61,843 nucleotides of DNA, filler included, from Nitrospinae bacterium RIFCSPLOWO2_12_FULL_45_22 (GCA_001803565.1; 6 parts of 6 records of this genome joined end to end with filler, not necessarily neighbours in it); one strand, 5' to 3'. Counted from the whole stretch's first letter, positions 1 to 9,442 are shown. Numbers and translations: made by a program. Notes: generated by a model not told the origin, from the sequence alone.

Positions 1-1052
1 CTACAGCTATGATGCTCCCTATAATACTGGGTATTTTACGGGCCATGGCCAATTTAAGGAGTCAAGAAGCTGGTGGTGAAGCATCTAGTTATGCTACCGG
101 ATCCATGTTATTTATTGCCTATGCCGCTTCTATTGGTGGTATCGGGACACCTATTGGAACTGTTCCCAATCTTATTGGTATTGGCATGATAGACCGATTA
201 TTAGGGATCAAGATAACCTTTTTTACCTGGATGCTGCTCGGTTTACCTCTGGTAATAGTTATGTATCTAATCCTTTTCTTTTTAATAAAAGGGCTTTATC
301 CAACTCAATCAACCGGTATGGGCGGCTTGAGGGAATACCTAACAGCGGAGAAGCAGGCACTAGGTGGATGGAGCCGGGGCCAGATGAATGTCCTGATCGC
401 ATTTGCTATCATGATAAGCCTATGGCTCTTACCTGGTTTTATAGCCTTATTTGAAGGAGCCGAAGGCCCCTTATATAAACTCTACAGCCGTATATTGCCA
501 GAAGGAGTAGTAGCTATTATCGGTGTTTCTTTCCTCTTTTTTCTGCCTACTAACTGGAAACAGAAAGAATTTACCCTATCCTGGCCTCAGGCCTCAAGGA
601 TTGACTGGGGCACTATCCTGCTATTTGGCGGGGGGTTATCTCTGGGCAGTATGGTTTTTTCAACCAGGCTGGCAGAGGTTATGGGGCAGAAAATTATAGG
701 ACTTACCGGTGCGCAATCTTTATGGAGTATTACCGCGGTTGCTGCCCTTTCAGCTCTTATTCTCACGGAATTCACTTCCAATACCGCTGCTGCTAATATG
801 ATCATCCCGGTTTTTGTTGCTGTCTCAAAAACCGCGGGTGTGAGTGGTATACCCCCGGCCCTGGGGGCTTGCCTGGCGTGTAGTCTTGGCTTTATGCTCC
901 CGGTATCTACCCCACCTAATGCCATTGTCTATGGCACTGGTTTGGTTCCTATAACCAGGATGATCAAGACCGGTATTATCCTGGACATATTCGGCCTCTG
1001 TGCCATAGTACTAATGCTAAGACTCCTCTGCCCTCTACTAGGCTTGCTCTAA
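1..1052 (+). CDS. SLC13/DASS family anion permease (5'-truncated by window edge)
   Basis: Highly hydrophobic; motifs YAASIGGIGTPIGTVPN, TEFTSNTA, FMLPVSTPPNAIVYG. Confidence 0.9.
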   Translation, partial: TAMMLPIILGILRAMANLRSQEAGGEASSYATGSMLFIAYAASIGGIGTPIGTVPNLIGIGMIDRLLGIKITFFTWMLLGLPLVIVMYLILFFLIKGLYPTQSTGMGGLREYLTAEKQALGGWSRGQMNVLIAFAIMISLWLLPGFIALFEGAEGPLYKLYSRILPEGVVAIIGVSFLFFLPTNWKQKEFTLSWPQASRIDWGTILLFGGGLSLGSMVFSTRLAEVMGQKIIGLTGAQSLWSITAVAALSALILTEFTSNTAAANMIIPVFVAVSKTAGVSGIPPALGACLACSLGFMLPVSTPPNAIVYGTGLVPITRMIKTGIILDIFGLCAIVLMLRLLCPLLGLL

Positions 1053-1136
1053 TACCCCAAAAAAAGAGGGTGGGCAAAGGCAAACGACTGCTAGACATCC
1101 TGGTGAATTATTGATATAGTAAGGCAAAAGTTTAAA

Positions 1137-2396
1137 ATGGGTGAAGAAGGAAAGGTGGGACAATTGGGGCCATTAAGCGGGGTAAGGGTGTTGGATTTTA
1201 CCCGGGTTATTGCAGGTCCGTTCTGTACTATGATGCTGGGGGATTTAGGGGCCGAGGTTATCAAGATCGAGCCACCCCACGGTGGTGATGATGCTCGGGC
1301 GGTAGGCCCTCCTTTTGTTAAGGGTGAGAGTGCCTATTTTATGAGCTTCAATCGTAATAAGAGGAGCCTGGCCCTAAATTTGAAAACCCCGGAAGGTAGG
1401 GCTTTAGTCCATCGTTTAGTAGAGCAATCTGATGTAACGGTCGAGAATTTCCGTCCCGGCATAGGTACCAAGCTGGGTATTGACTATCCAACTTTAAAAG
1501 AGATCAACCCCCGCATTATCTGCTGTTCTATTTCTGCCTTTGGCCAGACTGGTCCCTTGTCAAACGAACCAGGATATGATATCACTATCCAGGCCATGTC
1601 TGGTGCGATGAGTATAACCGGCGAGCCCGATAGTCCACCGGTAAAGATCGGTGTTCCTCTAGGAGATATTGCCGGGGGTATGTATGCCGCATATGGCATT
1701 ATCAGTGCCCTCTATGCCCGGGAGCATACTGGCCAGGGCCAGGCTATTGATATTTCCTTGTATGATGCCTTAGTGGCCCAACTCTCTTATCATGCTGGCT
1801 ATTATCTCATGGGGGGAGTCATACCCCAGCCGCAGGGTACAGGCCACCCTAATCTCGTTCCTTATCAGGCCTTTAAGACCAGGGATATTTATATCATAGT
1901 GGCTATTTTTACCGAGGAATTCTGGCAGAAGTTCTGCCAGATCATCGGCAAAGAAGGGCTTATCCAGGACCCTCGCTTCAAAGATAATGCCAGCCGGGTA
2001 AAACACCGCTACTTATTAATCCCTATCCTGGAAAAAGTCTTTGAAACTAAGACCGGTGAGGAGTGGTTAGCTATCCTTAAAGGTATACCTTCGGCGCCTC
2101 TCAATACTATAGATCGGACCCTTAATCACCCACAAACCCATGCGCGCCAAATGATAGAGAATATCTGTCACCCGCAATGCGGTGATATAAGAGTGCTGGG
2201 CAATCCGGTTAAACTATCTGATATGAGTGGCTTTTCGTTTAAGCCTCCGCCATTGCTAGGGCAACATACAGAGGAAATCCTTCGGGATTATCTGGGATAT
2301 TCGCCAGAGGCAATCACAGGGCTAGCAAATAAGCGTATCATAAAGATTAAGGGAAGCGTTCAGCCGTCAGCAATCAGTGGTCAGCTAGACAAATAA
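1137..2396 (+). CDS. CaiB/BaiF family III CoA transferase
   Basis: PLSGVRVLDFTRVIAGPFCTMMLGDLGAEVIKIE, NRNKRS, ENFRPG, GYD, PPPLLGQHTEEIL; the last ~14 aa come from a repeat element. Confidence 0.92.
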   Translation: MGEEGKVGQLGPLSGVRVLDFTRVIAGPFCTMMLGDLGAEVIKIEPPHGGDDARAVGPPFVKGESAYFMSFNRNKRSLALNLKTPEGRALVHRLVEQSDVTVENFRPGIGTKLGIDYPTLKEINPRIICCSISAFGQTGPLSNEPGYDITIQAMSGAMSITGEPDSPPVKIGVPLGDIAGGMYAAYGIISALYAREHTGQGQAIDISLYDALVAQLSYHAGYYLMGGVIPQPQGTGHPNLVPYQAFKTRDIYIIVAIFTEEFWQKFCQIIGKEGLIQDPRFKDNASRVKHRYLLIPILEKVFETKTGEEWLAILKGIPSAPLNTIDRTLNHPQTHARQMIENICHPQCGDIRVLGNPVKLSDMSGFSFKPPPLLGQHTEEILRDYLGYSPEAITGLANKRIIKIKGSVQPSAISGQLDK

Positions 2397-2523
2397 AAAC
2401 AACCGCTAGGCGTAAGTGGTAAGGCGTAAGGAGAGGACAAATGAGAAATTCCCCTTACCTTTCACGCCTAACGCCTTACGATAAGTTAAGCTGAAAGCTG
2501 ATGGCTAATAGCTGAACGCTTAC
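2352..2523. mobile_element. MITE-like palindromic element with 11-bp TIR and 8-bp target duplication
   Basis: Ends GGAAGCGTTCA / TGAACGCTTAC; exact flanking direct repeat AGATTAAG (2344-2351, 2524-2531); nested inverted 7-mer arrays inside. Confidence 0.75.
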
Positions 2524-2544
2524 AGATTAAGTAAGGATACAATT

Positions 2545-3717
2545 ATGCGGCTGTATGAATACGAAGCGAAGAAGATTTTGCCGAGCCGGGGTATAGCAGT
2601 ACCCAGGGGACAGGTCTTGAGCCCGGGAGAGAAGATAGACACCTCACGCCCCGGAGTGCTTAAGGCACAGGTATTAAGCGGTGGCCGCCAGAAGGCCGGT
2701 GGTGTCGTTATCGTTTCTGGGCCTGACCAAATAGCTGATACCGTGCAAGCGCTTTTCCAGAAACCTATACATGGGTTGCCGGTAACAAAGATTATATGGG
2801 AGGAGTTTATAGAAGTAGAGAGAGAGTTTTTCCTGGGGGCTATTTATGATAGTAGCCGAAAGAGCCCCCTGGTATTCTTTAGCCCTGAAGGCGGCGTAGA
2901 GGTAGAGCTGCTGACGGAAAAAGATCCCGGGCGCCTTTTCTATAGAGATTTTGATATCCTGCAAGGTTTTTCTGAGTATCAGGCCCGAGAGCTGATCGCG
3001 GAAGCAGGTTTGCAGGGATCAGAGCTGCTAAAAATATCTGATATCTTGTACCGTATGGTGTCCCTGTTTCTGGATCTTGATGCTACCATACTAGAGATTA
3101 ATCCCCTGGCACAAACGAAGGATGGTAATTATATAGCCCTGGACTGCCATATAGATATTGATGATGATGCCCTCTATCGGCATAAGGAATTAGAAACACA
3201 GTTTGGTATTCTAAAGAGAGAAGGAGGGGGAGGTCGGCAGGTAACCGAGCTAGAAAGGCAGGCGGCAGCTATTGATAACCTGGACCACCGGGGGGTAGCG
3301 GGCCGGGTGATAGAGTTTGACGGGAATCTCGCCCTCCTGATTGGCGGTGGTGGAGCAAGCCTGGCAGCGTTTGATGCTATCAGACGCCATGGTGGCCGGC
3401 CAGCTAATTATTGTGAGATCGGTGGTAACCCGACGGTCCTTAAAGTAAAGGAGTTGACCAAACTACTACTATCTAAACCCGGGGTAGAGAAGATTGCTGT
3501 AATAATGAATGTAGTAAGCAATACCCGGGTGGATTTAGTAGCCCGGGGAGTGATAAAAGGGGTGCTGGAATTGGGCAGAGACCCAGCTAAAACCATTGCT
3601 GTCTTCCGTATCCCGGGGGCCTGGGAAGAAGAAGGGTATAAGATATTAGCCAGGTATGGGGTGCCTTATTGCGGCCGGACGGTCTCTATTGATGAGGCAG
3701 CTAAGGAGGCCGTATAA
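2545..3717 (+). CDS. Succinyl-CoA synthetase beta-subunit-like ATP-grasp protein
   Basis: MRLYEYEAK, KAQVLSGGRQKAGGV, EGGVEVE, EINPL, DDDALYRH, GGGASL, PANYCEIGG. Confidence 0.85.
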   Translation: MRLYEYEAKKILPSRGIAVPRGQVLSPGEKIDTSRPGVLKAQVLSGGRQKAGGVVIVSGPDQIADTVQALFQKPIHGLPVTKIIWEEFIEVEREFFLGAIYDSSRKSPLVFFSPEGGVEVELLTEKDPGRLFYRDFDILQGFSEYQARELIAEAGLQGSELLKISDILYRMVSLFLDLDATILEINPLAQTKDGNYIALDCHIDIDDDALYRHKELETQFGILKREGGGGRQVTELERQAAAIDNLDHRGVAGRVIEFDGNLALLIGGGGASLAAFDAIRRHGGRPANYCEIGGNPTVLKVKELTKLLLSKPGVEKIAVIMNVVSNTRVDLVARGVIKGVLELGRDPAKTIAVFRIPGAWEEEGYKILARYGVPYCGRTVSIDEAAKEAV

Positions 3718-3766
3718 TCTGCGTCCTAAATATAATTTATAACAGTTATTCGGGGAGGTGGGAAAT

Positions 3767-4195
3767 ATGGAACTGTTACTTATTTGCCGAGATGCTTTAG
3801 AGAATTCTATTATTGGTAATCTGTTAGTAGCCCTGGAGGAGAAAAAGGCCGGGGCAGATGTAGGAATCCTTTTTACCCAGGAGGCGTTAGCGTCTTTAGC
3901 GGGCCAATCCTTAGATTGGTCACCACTGTTCCGGGATCGAGATACCAGGGCAAAGATAGCCAAGAATGCTAAAAGTATGGGTATTCCCTTAGCCCATGCC
4001 AAGGATGCCCGGCAAACTGATACTTATCAGTTGTTAAAGGCAGCAAAAGAGGCTGGCGTAAATCTGATGGCCTGTCCAGCCTGGACAGCCTTGTTAGGTA
4101 TTCAGGAACGATTACCTGGGGAGTTAACCAAAGTTGACTCCGCAGCCACCCTGAAGTGCCTGAAAGAGGCTAAGAGGGTAATAGGTACTTTTTAA
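3767..4195 (+). CDS. DsrE/DsrF-like protein
   Basis: V.ILFTQEA ... AKEAGVNLMACPAW pattern; about 140 aa. Confidence 0.6.
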   Translation: MELLLICRDALENSIIGNLLVALEEKKAGADVGILFTQEALASLAGQSLDWSPLFRDRDTRAKIAKNAKSMGIPLAHAKDARQTDTYQLLKAAKEAGVNLMACPAWTALLGIQERLPGELTKVDSAATLKCLKEAKRVIGTF

Positions 4196-4252
4196 TAACA
4201 GGAATTTTGTTTGAGCAAAATTTAGAGACAAAAGTTTTTCCCTAAAACTTTT

Positions 4253-4395
4253 CAGACATTTAGCCACAGAGTGACGGAGGACACAGAGTAGCAGCAGGGC
4301 CTTGCCCTGCCATAAAGGTAAAGGCTTTAAGCAGAGCAAGGCTCTGCAACTACCCTTCCTCTGAGTTCTCTGGGCCTCTGTGGCTGAACTGTTAC
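4253..4395. repeat. Palindromic element with nested inverted repeats
   Basis: TAGCCACAGAG...CTCTGTGGCTG outer arms; right end TGAACTGTTAC. Confidence 0.6.
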
Positions 4396-4431
4396 CTAAT
4401 AACTAATTCAGGAAAAAGGAGGGATGAGACT

Positions 4432-5280
4432 ATGGCATGGACGGAATGGAAAAGAACGGACGTTGCAGGATGTAAGCAGGAAGAGATCATTTATGAAAAG
4501 AAGTACCGGGATAAGGGTGGAGGTGTAGCCCGGATTCTCTTCAATCGTCCCCAAAGGATGAATTCCTTTACTGAAAAAGGTATACAGGAATTGTGCTTAT
4601 GTTTAGATAATGCCAGTAATGATTCCACTATTGGGGTAGTAGTTATAAGCGCGGTAGGAGATCATTTCGGCACTGGTGGGGATGTTGAATGGGAGGCCGG
4701 TCCCTCGTTCCGCTACTTGTTTCTCAGCTCTACTGGCTACAATCGAATTATTCGTTTTTGCCGTAAACCTATTATCGCTGCCGTAAAAGGCTATTGCATT
4801 GGTGGCTCCCACCACCTGGCCTATTTTTGTGACTTTACTATCGCAGCAGATAATGCCATCTTTGGTCAGAATGGTCCCCGGGTTGGGAGCCCAGCCCATG
4901 GGTTTGTCGTCTCATACCTGGCCCGGGTGGTAGGGGCCAAGAAGGCCCGGGAGATATGGATGCTCTGCCGGCGTTACACAGCCCAGGAGGCATTACAAAT
5001 GGGCCTGGCAAATAAAGTAGTCCCCGTGAAGCAGTTAGATGCAGAGGTTGATCAGTGGTGCGATGAGCTCATGGATATAAGCCCCACCTGTTTATCCCTG
5101 GTAAAGGCCAGCTTTGATGGTGATATAGACTATATGGATGGTGATTTTGGTCGCTATCTGGTGCAGATGGCGCCGGATTTTTTTGATGGCGAAGAGGTAA
5201 AGGAAGCGCAGCAGGCTTTCTTTGAGAAAAGGACACCCAATTTCTGGAAGAACCGTATGCCTAAAGATGCTGGCAGCTAA
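4432..5280 (+). CDS. Crotonase-family enzyme of the MenB/BadI (2-ketocyclohexanecarboxyl-CoA hydrolase) type
   Basis: NRPQRMNSF, FGTGGD, KPIIAAVKGYCIGG, FGQNGPRVGS, GAKKAREIWMLCRRYTAQEALQMGL, AFFEKRTPNF. Confidence 0.8.
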   Translation: MAWTEWKRTDVAGCKQEEIIYEKKYRDKGGGVARILFNRPQRMNSFTEKGIQELCLCLDNASNDSTIGVVVISAVGDHFGTGGDVEWEAGPSFRYLFLSSTGYNRIIRFCRKPIIAAVKGYCIGGSHHLAYFCDFTIAADNAIFGQNGPRVGSPAHGFVVSYLARVVGAKKAREIWMLCRRYTAQEALQMGLANKVVPVKQLDAEVDQWCDELMDISPTCLSLVKASFDGDIDYMDGDFGRYLVQMAPDFFDGEEVKEAQQAFFEKRTPNFWKNRMPKDAGS

Positions 5281-5302
5281 TAGTTAGGAAGGTTTTAAAA
5301 AC

Positions 5303-5435
5303 GTAACCGTTCACCACAGAGAACGCAGAGACTTGGTTCCTGCGTCATTGGTTAATAATTAATGACTGATGACCAATGACTATTTATTCTCTGCGTTCTC
5401 AGCGTGCTCCGTGGTTATCCGTGGCGAATGATTAC
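5303..5435. repeat. Palindromic element of the GTAACNGTTCA-ended family
   Basis: Left end GTAACCGTTCA, degenerate right end CGAATGATTAC; inner GAGAACGCAGAG/CTCTGCGTTCTC arms and 7-mer GACCAAT-type units. Confidence 0.6.
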
Positions 5436-5475
5436 CTAATCATTATAACCATTGAGGGGAAATGGAGTATCGGCT

Positions 5476-6621
5476 ATGAATACCAAAGATATACTTGAAC
5501 AATTATCTTACACCAATATTTCTAAAACCTCGCAGCAGGCTATAGGGGAATGGAAGGCCCGGGGGAAAAAGGTCATCGGATATACCTGTCTCTATGTGCC
5601 TGAGGAGATCATGTATGCATTAGATGTGCTGCCAATAAGGATATACGGTAGCCTTAATGGCAGTACCAAAGGGGAATCATTACTCCAGGTGAATATATGC
5701 TCCTTTGTCCGGAGTTGCCTGTCTCAGGGGCTAGAAGGTGAATACAATTTCTTAGACGGTATCGTTGCTCCCAGGACTTGCAGTCAGATAGTTAAGCTCT
5801 ATGATGTCTGGGACTTCTCCATAAAGATGCCTTTTTCCCACTTGATAGACCATCCTCACATGGTTTCTGATCTGGCCATTTCTTATTATAATAAAGAGAT
5901 AAACAAATTTGTAAAACATCTTGAAGAGTTTACCGGTAACAGTCTTACCGAGGCTAATTTGAGGCATGCTATAGAGGTTTATAATGAGAATAGGCGCCTG
6001 CTGCGGGAGATATACAACTTAAGGAAAGCAGAAATGCCGCCTATTAATGGAGTAGAGACATTAGATATTATCCGCTCGACAACCATACTCCCCAAAGACC
6101 AGAGCAATGCCCTTTTAAAGGGATTACTAACAGTCCTCAAAGAAAGGAAGGTGGACCCTTTCAGAGGGAAAGGACACCCAAGAATTCTGATTACAGGTAT
6201 CATTCTCGATAACTTTGCCCTGGTACAACTAGTAGAAGATTCAGGCGCGATCGTCGTAGCCGACGATCTATGTGTGGGGAGCAGGTATTTCTGGGATATG
6301 GTTACCCTTAATGGTACTCCCTTGAACTCTCTTACCAGATACTACATAGAGAAAATCCCTTGTGCCTGTATTTATCCCCGCGATAAGCGCTTCCAGCACA
6401 TAGCGTATATGGTGAGAGATTTTAATGTAGCCGGGGTTATAAGCTTCCAGATAAAATTCTGTGATAACATTACCTATGATAACCCCCGCTTGAAGGATGA
6501 GCTGGATGAGTTAGGTATCCCGGTACTGGAACTTGATACAGAATACTCTAATATAGGTGTCGGACAGCTTAAGACCAGGGTTCAGGCATTCCTGGAAGTA
6601 ATGGCGAGAGGCCAGGTTTAA
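5476..6621 (+). CDS. 2-hydroxyacyl-CoA dehydratase / benzoyl-CoA reductase family subunit (HgdB/BcrC-like)
   Basis: IGYTCLYVPEE, NICSFVRS, RTCSQ, DDLCVGSRYF, KFCD, GQLKTRVQAFLE. Confidence 0.88.
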   Translation: MNTKDILEQLSYTNISKTSQQAIGEWKARGKKVIGYTCLYVPEEIMYALDVLPIRIYGSLNGSTKGESLLQVNICSFVRSCLSQGLEGEYNFLDGIVAPRTCSQIVKLYDVWDFSIKMPFSHLIDHPHMVSDLAISYYNKEINKFVKHLEEFTGNSLTEANLRHAIEVYNENRRLLREIYNLRKAEMPPINGVETLDIIRSTTILPKDQSNALLKGLLTVLKERKVDPFRGKGHPRILITGIILDNFALVQLVEDSGAIVVADDLCVGSRYFWDMVTLNGTPLNSLTRYYIEKIPCACIYPRDKRFQHIAYMVRDFNVAGVISFQIKFCDNITYDNPRLKDELDELGIPVLELDTEYSNIGVGQLKTRVQAFLEVMARGQV

Positions 6622-6641
6622 CAAATTTAGGAGGGGCAGCC

Positions 6642-7889
6642 ATGGGACAAACAGGAGAAGGAATTAAAAGATTTTCCCTAAAGACCAGTAAGCAACTATG
6701 GCCATTAATTAAGGATTTTTATGCCAAGGCCAGGCAAAAGAAAAAAGAAGGAAAACCTATCTGTTGGTATATGTCAGGGGTACCTAAAGAGTTGCTTTAT
6801 GCGATGGATATCACACCGATAATGGCGGAGGGATTCTCTGGACAAATGGCCGCCAAGGGTGAGGCAGTAGCAAAATACCTGGAGCTTGCCGAAGTAGAGG
6901 GTTTTGGGAGGGACTCGTGATCCTTGCACAGGGGCTTCGTGGGAGCCCTCTTGTCCGAAGATGACCTTATTATACCCAGACCCGATTTTATGCTAGGTCT
7001 TACCTGCATGTGTGACGGACTGTCCAAATCGAGTGTGGCTATTACCGAAAAGGTTAAAATACCCCTTTTTCTTATAGATGCTCCAAGGGCCATCCAGATT
7101 ACCCCTGATGGTGAAATAGACGAAGAGAAGATTCAGGATTATGTAGAATATATGGCGCTACAGTATGGTGAACTGGTAAAATTTTTAGAAAATCAAACCG
7201 GTCACAAGCTAGATAAGGAAAAGTTAAAAGAGACCTGCCGACTTACCAATCAGGCCCTTGAATTATGGGATGAGACAAGTGAGCTGAGAAAGGCCATCCC
7301 CTCACCCATGAGTGCCTTAGATGAGGCGATCTTTCTCTTCATCCCTATGGCCTTCCTTGGCACAAGGGAAGCAGTAGCTATCCTCGAAGGGGTTAGAAAT
7401 GAAGTAGCAGCGCGGGTAAAAAATGGCCAGGGCGTCATTGATGATGAAAGACACCGTTTACTTTTGCTAAGTGGCCCTGCCTGGTGGTATGACCTGGGTA
7501 TTTTAAATTACTTTGAAGAGCTTGGTGCCGTTCTAGTTAAAATGGGGGTAGATATAGGCTGGGCAAAAGGTAGGTTAGACCCAGAAAGGCCGGCGGAAAG
7601 CTGGGCTAAGCGCTTGATCTTGAATTATGGTACCTTAGATTCCTTACCGGTTCATATAGCCTGTATCAAGGAGCTTGTTAGGGATTATAAAGCGGATGGT
7701 GCGGTTATCCTCTCGCATTGGGGATGCCGGGTACTGGGAGGGCAGCACCTGGCCATTAAAGAGGCTATATATCAAGAGTTTGGCATACCTACCCTTATCC
7801 TCGATGGCGATTTATGCGATAGCCGCCACCGTGCCAGCCGCGAACAAGACCTGAATAAGATAGAAGAGTTTATTGAAATGCTGGAATAG
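6642..7889 (+). CDS. 2-hydroxyacyl-CoA dehydratase / benzoyl-CoA reductase family subunit (HgdA/BcrB-like), probable selenoprotein (Sec93)
   Basis: ORFs 6642-6920 and 6924-7889 are in the same frame and separated only by TGA(6918-6920)-TCC; read-through gives GFGRDS-U-SLHR, matching the family G-F-x-x-D-x-C-S motif; also TCMCDG and HWGCR. Confidence 0.82.
6921..6954 (+). promoter_or_regulatory. Putative bacterial SECIS element
   Basis: Stem GGGCTTC (6932-6938) / GGAGCCC (6942-6948) with apical loop GTG starting 18 nt after the UGA; lower helix ACA/TGT. Confidence 0.7.
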
Positions 7890-7895
7890 TCAGGT

Positions 7896-8588
7896 ATGAC
7901 ATGGGATAAAAAACCAATTGGCATTGTTTGTGCACTGGCAAGGGAGGTCGAGGGATTCCATAATTTATGGGATAAGGGTCAATACCAGACTTTTACGATC
8001 AAAGGGAGGAATTTTTATCCAGGTTTTATGGCGGGTAGAGAGACTGTTATAGTAGAATCAGGCTGGGGTAAAGTACGGGCAGCTTCTGCTACGCAATTAT
8101 TGCTAGACCAGTTCTCCCCGGCTGCTATTATAAATGTGGGCGTAGCCGGTGCCATTAACCCTGAGAGGGAGATTGGTGATATTATATTCTCTGAGGCAAC
8201 TCTAGAATATGATTTTCATAGCAATGAAGAGGTGGGACAAAAACCCAAAAAGGCCGATAAAAACCTTCTACAACTAGCCCTAAAAGCCAGTCTATCCTCC
8301 TCTTATCAATCACAAATCTTCACTGGCTTGATAATATCTGGTGATCAGGATATTAATAGCCGAGAAAAGAAACAATTCCTATGGGAGAAGTATAAGGCCC
8401 AGTGCGGCGAGTGGGAAGGAGCCGCTATAGCTACAGTAGCCAGGATCAATAATATACCCTGGCTGATAATAAGGGCTATATCGGATTTGGCAGAGGAGAA
8501 TTTTGCCTCAGAGTTTGAGAACCATCTGGCTTTGGTAGCCCGGAACTCGGCAGATACAGCAGTAAGGCTACTCAATGAATTAGATTAG
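7896..8588 (+). CDS. mtnN: 5'-methylthioadenosine/S-adenosylhomocysteine nucleosidase
   Basis: SGWGKVRAA, INVGVAGA, GLIISGDQ, EWEGAAIA, IIRAISDLA. Confidence 0.8.
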   Translation: MTWDKKPIGIVCALAREVEGFHNLWDKGQYQTFTIKGRNFYPGFMAGRETVIVESGWGKVRAASATQLLLDQFSPAAIINVGVAGAINPEREIGDIIFSEATLEYDFHSNEEVGQKPKKADKNLLQLALKASLSSSYQSQIFTGLIISGDQDINSREKKQFLWEKYKAQCGEWEGAAIATVARINNIPWLIIRAISDLAEENFASEFENHLALVARNSADTAVRLLNELD

Positions 8589-8742
8589 GGTAGGGCTATT
8601 ATCCTGAATTATGCAAATATATGCCTATCATTCCCAGGCTAATTCCTCCTCCTCAAATTCCCCTCTATCTTCATTAAATACCCAGGACTTTATCTCCCCC
8701 TTTCCCTTATTATCCAGGCTCACTATCACATAGGAATAAAAA

Positions 8743-8765
8743 GACCAGGAAACCTGTTCCTGGTC
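8743..8765. terminator. Hairpin, possible intrinsic terminator
   Basis: GACCAGGAA-acctg-TTCCTGGTC preceded by an A-run (U-tract on the minus strand). Confidence 0.4.
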
Positions 8766-8783
8766 TGACCGGGAAGGGATAGG

Positions 8784-8883
8784 NNNNNNNNNNNNNNNNN
8801 NNNNNNNNNNNNNNNNNNNNNNNNNNNTTAATTAATTAANNNNNNNNNNNNNNNNNNNNNNNNNNNNNNNNNNNNNNNNNNNN
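8784..8883. other. Artificial contig linker
   Basis: N-run with TTAATTAATTAA (stop codons in all six frames). Confidence 0.98.
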
Positions 8884-9093
8884 TCGTGCAGCAGCTAATG
8901 GTAAATATCAGAGAACTGGTCAACAAACCTTAATTTTTGGTATGATGGTTATCCGGACTGAGATCGACATAAACCTTTATTTAGGGAAGTCTTTGTCGCT
9001 GGAAACCTGCTATTTTGCACTCTCAGGACTTTATTATCACTCTCTCCATCTTCCGTTCCGGGCTTAATCTTTGAAGAAACCGAGATTTTTGAT

Positions 9094-9135
9094 TTGACAT
9101 TTTATCTATATAGTTTAGACTGTTACTTAAGTAAC
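9094..9135 (+). promoter_or_regulatory. Sigma70-type promoter and palindromic operator of the TA operon
   Basis: TTGACA (9094) - 16 bp - TAGACT (9116); perfect palindrome GTTACTTAAGTAAC at 9122-9135. Confidence 0.55.
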
Positions 9136-9145
9136 TAAAGCAAGA

Positions 9146-9442
9146 ATGAATCAGGAGGTCAGTATGGAAAAGATATTGAGTATAGAAGAGGCAAGAAAGA
9201 GTCTGGGTCATCTTGTTGATGGGGTCAGGATGAGGGGAGATTTTTATATTATTAGCAAGAAGGGGAAACCTTCAGCAGCTATTGTCCCTATAGAAATAGC
9301 AGAGAGACATCAGGAATCTAAAAAGGCCCTGCTTTTGATGATTGAGGAAGTCCATGAGAAGAATAAAACTAAGAGACCGGAAGAGATAGAGGCCTTGATC
9401 TCGGAGGCCTTAAAGGCTGTTCGGGATTCTAAAAGTCAATGA
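9146..9442 (+). CDS. Phd/YefM family antitoxin
   Basis: SIEEARKSLGHLVD...IISKKGKPSAAIVP; overlaps the PIN gene by 4 bp. Confidence 0.85.
   Translation: MNQEVSMEKILSIEEARKSLGHLVDGVRMRGDFYIISKKGKPSAAIVPIEIAERHQESKKALLLMIEEVHEKNKTKRPEEIEALISEALKAVRDSKSQ

Noticed and set aside
6642-7889. Pseudogene or two separate genes
   Set aside because: The stop falls exactly on a conserved Cys position, the frame is maintained and a SECIS-like hairpin follows, so Sec read-through is the better explanation.
8784-8883. Recurrent TTAATTAATTAA palindrome inside N-runs (five times)
   Set aside because: Artificial contig linker; ORFs running into it (42692-44242, 44239-44487) and adjacency across it are not biological.
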